Source: Paraspadella gotoi
Lineage: Eukaryota > Animalia > Chaetognatha
Length of the DNA stretch: 64,000 bases
Assembly (NCBI GenBank): GCA_051294375.1
Contig: CM119263.1
Span: 28,041,790-28,105,789, forward strand
Reading direction: 5' to 3'
The position numbers were made by a program, and so were the translations under genes. Each line of letters starts with the position of its first letter. The first letter of the stretch is position 1. Of the stretch, positions 38,777 to 48,293 are shown piece after piece. The notes beneath the pieces were generated by a model. That model saw only the letters and a list, made by a program, of their open reading frames with translations. It was not told the origin of the DNA and did no database searches.

Positions 38777-38821
<45 letters not shown>

Positions 38822-39279
38822 AGAGAAAAAATAAAAAAAAGGGAAGAAAACAAAAAGGAGGAAAGAAAGAGGGAGAGAGAGAGCGAGAAAAGAAAAGAAA
38901 ACAGAAGTGAGGAAAGAAAAAAAAACAACGTTTTGTACTTCGGTCAAGAGTCGACGATGGTAACTAGAAGTTTTCTTCGTTGGTTCAATCGATTGTTCTC
39001 TTGTTTTTCTTTTAATTCGCAGTTTGTTTTGTTTTTTTTTCGACAAAAGATTAAAAAAATCAACGATTACGAAAAAAAAATAACTTCTGTTCTGATGTTC
39101 TTCGACGACAGATAAATATAAAACTTAAATATAAAAATCAAATAAAACTTTTTTTTGCTTCTTTTTCTCTCGAGTCGCTTTTTCCTCTGGTACGTAATTT
39201 CCAGTATTTCGTTAAATATTTAGAGGGCATTTGCTAGTTTTCGATTGTAAAGTTGTGAAAAGAATAATACTTATATAGG

Positions 39280-39343
<64 letters not shown>

Positions 39344-40138
39344 GAGAGTCACGTACCCGGCGCCAAAAAATCGTCTTTCCAAACTTTTTTTCTACCTCGA
39401 GCTTCGTTGTTCCGATTTGGATCACACAATCCCAAAGTCACATCCATCCATTCTCAAAATAATAAAACTTATCACTTTTAAATTTCGAACTGGAATTCCG
39501 AATTTGCGAATTCTTTTCACGAAAAGATGCAAGAGCACAGAATATGAATTTTAACGAGTTGCTTGCTGCAGCTAGGACGTTTTCAAGATGCGGCCGCATG
39601 AATGAATTGTTGGCTGGAGTTAGGACGATTTGCATGATGCCACAGCAGAATGAATTCTTGAGAGATGAGGGCATTTGTCGGAGCGAACGCCGACTGAAAG
39701 AGCGAGAATTGAGATGCGCGACGAAATGAAAAGAAATAGGAGAACGAACGAAGGAGAAAATTAAAAGAAAGGAGAAAGAAAGGAGAGAAAGAGATAGAGA
39801 AGAGAAGAGAGGGAAAAGATAAGTACGGGGAACTAGAAAATACGAGAAAAGAGTAAAATGGAGAAGAGAAAAAAGATGAAAAAAAAATAATTGGCTTTTC
39901 TAAAGCTAAATTATATTAATAGAAGACGTTTGTATGAAATCTTTTTGATAAAATTCGGGCAGCAGATAAAGTAGTCAAACCTTTCCGGTCAACAACACAC
40001 ACAAACGCATTCCGCCTCCCAATAATGTAGATAAATATTACTTGATTGTACATTAAGGTTACACCTAAAAGTGTAGGATAATAAAAATTAGAGTTTCCAG
40101 AAACAGGGGCAAGATAGCTTTAGTGTACTTAAATGAAT

Positions 40139-40414
40139 GGATTGTGGGCGGTATATTCACGACACCGCCTCACGTCCCCATTGTGTCAGCAAATCTTGGC
40201 CTCAGAGGGGAACACCACCATGCCAGGCGTAGTGTTCCATCCACAGTCCTAATGGACTTCCCTCTGCGTGTAAAGGCGAAGACCGGTCCTAGGGAAACCG
40301 CGCCAGTGACTGGATGCGTCACTGAGGGTGGAAGCCCCGCAAAGCACCAACACGTGAGATGCCCCATCTCCATGGGCAATTCACTAGGCCAACCCGGCTG
40401 TTTGCCATTAGGAT
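40139..40414. mobile_element. 272-bp structured presence/absence insertion bounded by a GGAT direct repeat; unclassified small mobile element
   Basis: GGAT at 40139-40142 and 40411-40414. The inverted copy of the locus shows the empty site (..aaaattattccattcattt.., about 45325-45342). It is GC-rich in AT-rich flanks, has multiple hairpins and no terminal inverted repeats or poly(A) tail. Confidence 0.75.
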
Positions 40415-40829
40415 AAGTTTCTTATATTTCGATGTGTATCAACTTTCATATAAAAATTATAAAAAAAAGTCTTTTAACCGAAAGAAATATTTCTAGGTAC
40501 TGGACGAAAATGATACAAATTGGGTCAAAACAAAATAAAATAAAAAACCAAAAAAAAAAAAACACTGATATTTAAGAGGCAAAAAGGTACTAATAGAAGA
40601 AAAAAGTCGACGAAAGGTAACAACGTAAGAGGAAGAAACTACTGAGAGGAATTTTGAAAAGAAAAAAACAAAACCAAAAAAAAAAAAAAAAAAACGCGAA
40701 AAGAAACGAAAAAGAGAGACAAAAAGAAAACATATTTGACAAATGATTTCGGTCAAGAAATAATATAAAATGGATGACGCAAAAAAACAAAAAAAACAAA
40801 AAAAAAAAAAAAATGGGCGAGCAAAAGAA

Positions 40830-42318
40830 AATTTAACTAGAAGGAAGATGAAGGCGGAGAAATAACAATATGAGCGAAAAAGGAAAGAGAACGGGGATGA
40901 TAAGTTTGTGAATATTTGAGAGTGAATGTAGTGACAGGATATTTATAGGAAATAAGAGAAACGATAAAAAAAGGAGAAGGCGTTCGACGCGGAAAACTAA
41001 AATGATGAGGACGTGAGAATTCATAGATGAGAGATATGTGAGTAGTTGTGAAGTGAGAAGACGAAGAAGAATGAAACTTCGAAGATGATGCGAGGAAAGA
41101 ACGAGAGAATAAAACCGGGACGGAATTTTGAAAAAAAAAAAAATCGGAGGCATTTGGCGAGAGAAGCAAAAGGGAAAAAAAGAAAGATGGCGTTGAAGGG
41201 CGATAGAGGGTAATTGATGGGAGGTGGCGTGGACGGCGATTCTGCTGATGGTGGGCAGTTGTAGTTGCGTGAGTTTTACATCAGCAATGGTTGAGTATTG
41301 TTGGCGATAGATATAAGGTTTTATAGAGTTGTTTGTTTGGGACGAGTGTGGCATAATTGGAGACTTAAAATGCCGCAAATGTATTTGTTTGCTATACTAT
41401 TGTATTTTGAAGTATTCTTGATCCATTGACTCCGTCCCGTTTGTTAATATTGTTGCCTTGTGACTGCTCCAAGATTTTCTTTTAAGCGGAGAAAGGATAA
41501 AAGTAGAATCGTAATTCGGCTTTGTTGGTCAAAAAAAGATTATGAAAAGAGGACAGACAGGTTTGGTTAAAACTATTCCATAGAGAAGACTTCAGTGGCT
41601 TCACCAATCAGAGAAGTGATGGCGAGGTGCACAAGGGTCTAGGTTCGGTAACGAGTAGAGAGGGTAACGGTCGGCAGATTAAATGATTTTGTCGCCAAAG
41701 AAAGTATTGCCTCCCGCAGTATATTGTGATTTTGGCAGTGCATAAAATTGCATCGGCATTGCAAAGAAGTAAACAGAATTAACTCCAGCAATGCAAAGGG
41801 TTTGCGTCTGACGTGACAGGGTAGCATCGGGCAGTGCATAAGTGTTGTCGACGGCAGGCGGAAAAGTAAAGATGACGGTGAGAACGGGTCCTCGTGCGTA
41901 TCGGCGGAGGCAGGGAAAGAGCTAAGAGGACGAAGGTTTGGCTGCGGCGGGCGCTGAAGCGGCTGCCGGATGGGCGGGGCGTGTTAGGGCGGCGCTCAGG
42001 CGGCGGCATGGAGTGGGAGGAATGGCGTGGTCTCCTTTGCGCAGGGCATCAAAGCGTTGTAGAGGTCACGCCCTCCGGTAACGGGAGATTGAAAACCTGC
42101 GGAGGCAAGATCGGGAAACGTTGGGGGACGGAGATTGGGTAAGAAAAGAGAGGAATGTGGAGATGGGTAAGTGCGGGAGCATCAGAGACTGCGGAAACAG
42201 TGGTTTTGTGTTGAGGGGGAAAAGGTTTGTGAAAATTGGTTTTGTGACAGATGGGAAAGCGAATGTGACTTTGCAAGCGACGTTGCGGAATGTGGTGATT
42301 TGTAAACGGACTAAGAAG
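40830..42318 (+). CDS. Probable long exon of an unidentified gene; frame unresolvable; mirrored on the minus strand at ~43591-44950
   Basis: Purine-rich, coding-like sequence (E/D/K-rich, then an Ala-rich KRTKLAAAAAEAAAG stretch). It ends at a donor that reads aagaag|gtgagt in the second copy (actcacc at about 43586-43592). Confidence 0.35.
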
Positions 42319-42857
42319 TGAGTAACTACGTTTAATATGAAGAGACGGAGAGCGAGGGGAGAAGAGAGAGAGAGTAACGAAACGAGGGCAAAACATGTCA
42401 ACAATGTCAAAGAATGTCAAAGAAAAATTTATAATGAAGAGCCGACCTGATGAATGGAAATCGTGGAGGCAAGAAGCGGACGTTGAAGCCGGAAAATGGG
42501 AATAATAGTTAAAGTGATTGTATAAATTAATTTCAAGCATTGTTATTGGAATTGTTGACTTTTGATCGAATTAAATGGACGAAATCGTCGGGTAACTCGG
42601 GCGAATACTGAAACTAACGTTTTCCTTTTTTGGGGACAAAATACGAAATTGGAGAATTAAACCGCAAATAAGAAAATGAATATGACAGTTTGTACGAAAA
42701 CAGTGGTTCTTTTTTATGTAATCTAAGGAATTTTATAAATTTCCTTAAAGAATCAAAATGCCTTTTATATGTATCCATGTTAGTCATAATTTTCCTTTTT
42801 TTTTTTACCAGAAATTGTTCGGAACGGCGACGAGAAAATTGCAGCGCGATTATTGGC

Positions 42858-42945
<88 letters not shown>

Positions 42946-42948
<3 letters not shown>

Positions 42949-43059
42949 GAGTCCGAGAAAAGAAGAATTGAAACACCGGGGGTTAGAAGGATCGCCGAGC
43001 GTCGAATCGATTGCCGGATGAGCGACGAAATTGAATGGCGTGGGAAATTCGATTTCGTG
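42946..43059 (+). CDS. Candidate first coding exon of an SLC6 (neurotransmitter:sodium symporter)-like gene, truncated by a gap
   Basis: The ATG follows an (AG)n tract and the uncorrected frame ends ..EIEWRGKFDFV at the N gap. This resembles the SLC6 pre-TM1 motif RxxWxxKxDF(L/V)LS (GAT1-type WKGRFDFL). Only about 10 informative residues are visible. Confidence 0.4.
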
Positions 43060-43084
43060 NNNNNNNNNNNNNNNNNNNNNNNNN

Positions 43085-43509
43085 GTTCCGAACAATTTCT
43101 GGTAAAAAAAAAAGAAAATTTATGACTAACATGGATACATATAAAAGGCATTTTGATTCTTTTAAGGAAATTATAAAATTCCGAGTCTACATCAAAAAGA
43201 ACCACTGTTTTCGTACAAACTGTCATATTCATTTTCTTAATTTGCGTTAATTCTCCAATTTCGTATTTGTCCCCAAATAGGAAACGTTGTTTCAGTATTT
43301 CGCCGCAGTTACCCGACGATTTCGTCATTTAATTCGATCAAAAGGTCAAAATTCCATAACAATGTCGAATAATTTATTCATCACCTTTACTATTTTCCAT
43401 TTCCGCTTCCAACGTCCGCTTCTGCCTCCACGATTCCATTCCATCGTCGGCTCTCATTATAATTTCTTGACATTCTTTGACATTGTTTGACATGTTTTGC
43501 CCTCGTTTC

Positions 43510-43558
<49 letters not shown>

Positions 43559-45870
43559 CCTCGCTCTCTCTCTCATATCACAGATTACTCACCTTCTTGT
43601 CCGTTACAATCACCAATTCACGCATCACTTGCAAAGTCATCGCTTTCCCTGTCACAAACCAATTTTCACAACACTTTTCCCCTCACAAAAACCACTGTTC
43701 CCAGTCTCGATGCTCCCCGCACTTACCATCTCCACATCCCCTTTTCTTACCCAATCCTCGTCCCCAACGTTTCCCGATCTCTCCGAGTTTTCATCTCCGT
43801 TCGGAAGGCGTGACCCTTCAACGCTTTGATGCTGGCAAAGGAGAACCACGCCCATTGCCTCCACTCCAGCCGCCGCCGAGGCCGCCGCTAACACCGCCCC
43901 GCCGCTCCGGCAGCCGCTTCAGCCGCCGCCGCAGCCAACTTCGTCCTCTTAGCCTCTTTCCCTGCCTCCGCCCGAACGCACGAGGACCCGTCTCACGTCA
44001 TTACCTTTTCCGCTTCCGTCGAAACACTTTGCACTGCCGATGCTACCCTGTCACGTCAGACGCAACCCTTTGCATTGCTGGTTCAATTCTGTTACTTCTT
44101 TGCAATGCCGATGCAATTTTGCACTGCCTAAATCACATATACTGCCGAGGCAATACTTCCTTTGCCGACAAAATCATTAATCTGCCGACGTTACCCTTCT
44201 ACTCGTTCCGACCTGACCCTTGTGCACCTCGCATCATCTTCTCTGTTGGTGAAGCCACTGAAGTCTCTCTCTATTAGATTTTACCAACCTAGTCTGTTCT
44301 TTTCTTCTTTTTTGACCAACAAAGCGAATTACGTTTACTTTTTCCTTTCTGCTAAAAGAAGAAACCTTGGAGCAGTCAGCACATATTAAAACGGCGGAGG
44401 TTAATGGATCAAGTACTTCAAAATACATGGTATAACAACAAATACATTTGCGGTATTTTCAGACTCCAATTTGCCACACTCGTCCACAACCTCTTATAAA
44501 ACCTATATCATCGCCACAATACTCACTCATTGCTGTGTAACAACTCACGCAACTACAACTGCCACCATCAGCAGAATCGCCGACCACGCCACCATCCCAT
44601 CATTACCATCGCCTTCAACGCCATCTTTCTTTTTTTCCCTTTGCTTCTCCGCTGCTCCGACTTTTTTTTTCAGAATTCGTCCCGTTTATTCTCTCGTTTT
44701 TCCTCCGATCATCTTCGAGTTTCATTCTTCTTCGTCTTCTCACTTCACAACCTCTCACATATTCTCTCAAGATTCTCACGTCCTCACATTTTAGTTTTCG
44801 CGTGATCGCCTTCTCTCTTTTTTTATCGTTTCTCTTATTTCCTATAAATATCCTGTCATACATTCACTCTCAAATATTCACAACTTATCATCCCGTTCTC
44901 TTCTTTTTTCGCTCATATTGTTTTCTCCGCCTTCATCTTCCTTCTAGTAAATTTTCTTTTGCTCGCCCATTTTTGTTTTTTTTTTGTTTTTTGTTTTTTG
45001 GTCATCCATTTATTATTTCTTGCCGAAATCATTTGTCAAAATGTTTTCTTTTTGCTCTCTTTTTTCGTTTCTTTTCGCGTTTTTTTTTTTTTTTTTTTTG
45101 TTTTGTTTTTTTTTTCTTTTCAAAATTCCTCTCAGTAGTTTCTCCTCTTAGTTGTTGACCTTTCGTCGACTTTTTTTCTTCTATTATACTTTTTTCTCTA
45201 ATTCAGTGTTTTTTGTTTTTTTTTTTTTGTGCCATGTATCTTTTCGTCAGTACTGAAATTTTTTCTTCTGGTTAAAAAGACTTTTTTTTATATTTTATTT
45301 ATGAAATTGATACAATCAATATAAAAATTATTCCATTCATTTAATAACTAAGCTATCTTGCCCCTGTTTCTGAATCTAATTTTTATTATCCTAACTTTTA
45401 GGTGTACCTTAATGTAAATCAAGTAATATTTATCTAATATTGGGAGGGGGATGCTTTTGTGTTGTCTGACGGAAAGGTTTGACTACTTTCTGCCCGAATT
45501 TTATAAAAAGATTTCATACAAACGTTTCAATTATTATAATTATTGCTTTACCCTTTTTTTTCATCTTTTTCTCTTCTCATTTTCTCTTCTTTCTGTAATT
45601 TCTGTCCTCTCTTATCTTTCCTCTCTTCTTCTCTATTCTCTTCTCTCCTTTCTTTTCCTTTCTTTTTTTCTCCTTCGTCGTTCTCCTATTCTTTTCATTT
45701 CGTCGCGCATCTCATTTCGCTCTTTCAGTCGCGTCGCTCGACCAAATGCCTCATCTCTCAAGATTCATTCTGCTGTGGCATCATGCAATCGTCCTAACTA
45801 CAGCAACAATTCATTCATGCGGCCGCATCTTGAAAACGTCCTAGCTGCAGCAACTCGTTAAAATTCATTC
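43085..45870 (-). repeat. Inverted duplicate of ~39530-42825 across an N gap; probable haplotig or noisy-read misjoin
   Basis: gaaattgttcggaac (42811-42825) is the reverse complement of 43085-43099, and gcagctaggacgttttcaagatgcggccgc (39568-39597) that of about 45820-45849. The copies are collinear in between, with many small indels, a different (CT)n length and one 272-bp indel. Confidence 0.9.
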
Positions 45871-45930
45871 CTGCTGTTGCATTTTGAAAGCGTCCTCGAT
45901 GCAGCAACTCGTTAAAATTCATTCCTGCTG
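45763..45930. repeat. Degenerate tandem repeat, 54-bp unit in the best-conserved pair
   Basis: gcagcaactcgttaaaattcattcctgctg occurs at 45847 and 45901, with more diverged units upstream. The minus strand reads AGMNFNELLHRGRFQNAT-AGMNFNELLQLGRFQDAA. Confidence 0.75.
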
Positions 45931-46025
45931 CAGAAACTCGCAAAAGTCCTTTCTTCTGCGGCATCTAGCAAGAATCATTCTTATTTGGTTCATTTCTACG
46001 TATTTTCAGAATAACCTATATATTA

Positions 46026-46293
46026 CACTGTTTTTTTTTAATCATGCAGTCGAAAATTTTCACAATCCTGNNNNNNNNNNNNNNNNNNNNNNNNNNNNNN
46101 NNNNNNNNNNNNNNNNNNNNNNNNNNNNNNNNNNNNNNNNNNNNNNNNNNNNNNNNNNNNNNNNNNNNNNNNNNNNNNNNNNNNNNNNNNNNNNNNNNNN
46201 NNNNNNNNNNNNNNNNNNNNNNNNNNNAAAATTATACTAGAAACTGTACAGGATTGTGAAAATTTTCTAATGCATGGTTAAAAAAAAACAGTG
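46026..46293. mobile_element. MITE-like element with >=45-bp terminal inverted repeats (CACTG..CAGTG) flanked by TA; interior mostly gap
   Basis: 46026-46070 (cactgttttttttta atcatgcagtcgaaaattttcacaatcctg) is the near-perfect reverse complement of 46249-46293. TA lies at 46024-46025 and 46294-46295. Confidence 0.8.
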
Positions 46294-48262
46294 TACTATA
46301 TATGTGTTTTATTCGTTTACAACAATTAGTTGAAACAGTACATTCAAAAGGGCATACAGCATTATAGATAAATTGTACAGTTTACAATTCAACAAAATAT
46401 AAATATTTAAATTAACAGAACGAGAAAAAAGAAAAAAAAGAAAAAAAAAAAACAATTCAACAATAAGCTGACAAGATATTTAGAATATTGTTTCTTGAGG
46501 AAAAAAGCTTGGATTCAAATTTTTTTGATCTACAAGCAAAAATTTTGTAGATATCATTATATCCAAATGAGGACCTTAATGATCGTACACTCTCCCATCC
46601 TATAAAGCCTTGTTGCTTCACTCCTCACTTCACTTCACTCCTTTTCGCAATATCGAGGTCTTTGGAATTCCCATGACAACCAGAATACAATCGCTTTATA
46701 AATAACCTTTTCTCTTTCTGCCAATCGTCTGTTCCACTCTGCGCACGCGCCAACCTTTTCCTTCGTCTCGCTCTCATATCACGTCGGTCGACTTGTTTCG
46801 CTGACCCTTAATCGAGACAACCTAAGGGTTCGTTGGCTTCTTATCTCCCGCGGAATCCGGATCCGCGCCAAAGTTCGTTGGCGTAACTTCCGCGTTTGTC
46901 TCTCGCCAATCTGGTCCGCGCGAGGGTTTTAACTTTCTCGCCGTGTTCGTCGTCGTCGTCGTCGTCATCGTTATTAAAATCGTCGTCTTAATCGACGGCG
47001 ATTCGCCGTAAATCGACGTTTTCCATGTGGTTCAAAATCTGATGCTCTCCTATTTTTTAAAACCGAAAAAAAAATGATCTCTTTCATGAAATAGATTTTG
47101 AAAATTTCTCTTTCTTCAGAAAATATGAAAAATTAAAATCTCCTTCTCGAGGAAATTTGTTCTTTTTTCAGAAATAAAGTTTAAAATTGATTTTCAATTA
47201 AAAGATTTAATGGCGTTATGTTGAATGACCTTTTCCTCTTAATGGCGTCGATCCGCCAAAAAATAAAAGAACACAAAGAAAATCAAAAACATTACTCGTT
47301 TATTTATTTATTTTTTTTAAAGCACTGGACCTTCAAAAGTACCAAAAAAAAACATCTTACATTGCTTGAAAAGTTAATGGATTGAAAAAGAAAAAGATAA
47401 ATAAATTTTCCTTCTATATATTAATGGATTTCTTTTTAAACCTTTTAATTGAGCTTAAAACTCCTATAGATTTTCATGGATTTATTTCATCCTCCATTTT
47501 TTTTTTGCCGAATTTCAATTTTTTTCAATTTTTCCATCTCATCAAATCTGAATTCAGGGGCCTTCGTTTTATCAATCCAAAAGTTACAATTTCTTTCTAA
47601 AAATCAAAAAGAAAAGTTTAATGTAGTTTATAAAAGAATAATGAGGTAAATTAATTCACTTATAGTCCTTTTTCCTTTTCTTCTCGGTTATATTCTCCTA
47701 ACTTTTTTTTCTCATATCCAGCCCAGTGAAAAAAGTATTTATTTAATCGTTCAATTTCTTCCCTAAAGTTTTTTTTTCTAACATTTTTTTGAAGATGAAG
47801 TCGGAAAGTTAAAGATCACTCTGACCTCGTCCCCTCAAAACGCAATATTCATTTTTCGTACGATGTACAATTGTTTTAATATCTAAATAAATATCAAAAT
47901 CAACGACTTTCTTATCACATGAATTTCATTGTTTTGACTTTTGGGCATTTACTTTTGACCAGAATGTTCCTCTCCGACAGATTTAGAATCAATATCGATC
48001 AGACTCGATCCGCTGACCTAACCTACAAAAATTTCATCGCTGCGGTAAAAACGACGGACGTTTCGAACCTCATTAATTCGCTGTCGTCGTTCGTCATCGT
48101 CAGCGAAAATGAAAATTACAGCGAAAACGATTTTTTAACGAGAAGCTTTCAAGCGTTCGTGCGTTGGGTCACATATCGAGAGAGAGAATAGACCGAGGAA
48201 CGAGGAGGAGAGAGGAGGACGAAGAGAGAAGAGAGAGAGAGAGAGAAGAGAGAGGAGGAGAG

Positions 48263-48293
<31 letters not shown>

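Noticed and set aside
40139-40410. Hammerhead, HDV-like, twister ribozyme or RNase MRP identity for the 272-bp element
   Set aside because: Fragments resemble each family (CGAAGA..GAAAC; GGCGAA; GCAGAGGG; ACACAATGGGG), but the required cores and pairings could not be assembled on either strand by eye. A covariance-model search is needed.
42150-42318. TNFR-like Cys-rich reading (..CDFASDAECGDC..)
   Set aside because: It is obtained only by choosing among indel variants of two noisy copies. An equally plausible Cys-poor frame (..VVKIGFVT..LVIVTDKK) exists.
43477-44277. 266-aa ORF
   Set aside because: It starts in a (CT)n tract and is antisense to the strand carrying the splice donor, in noisy duplicated sequence.
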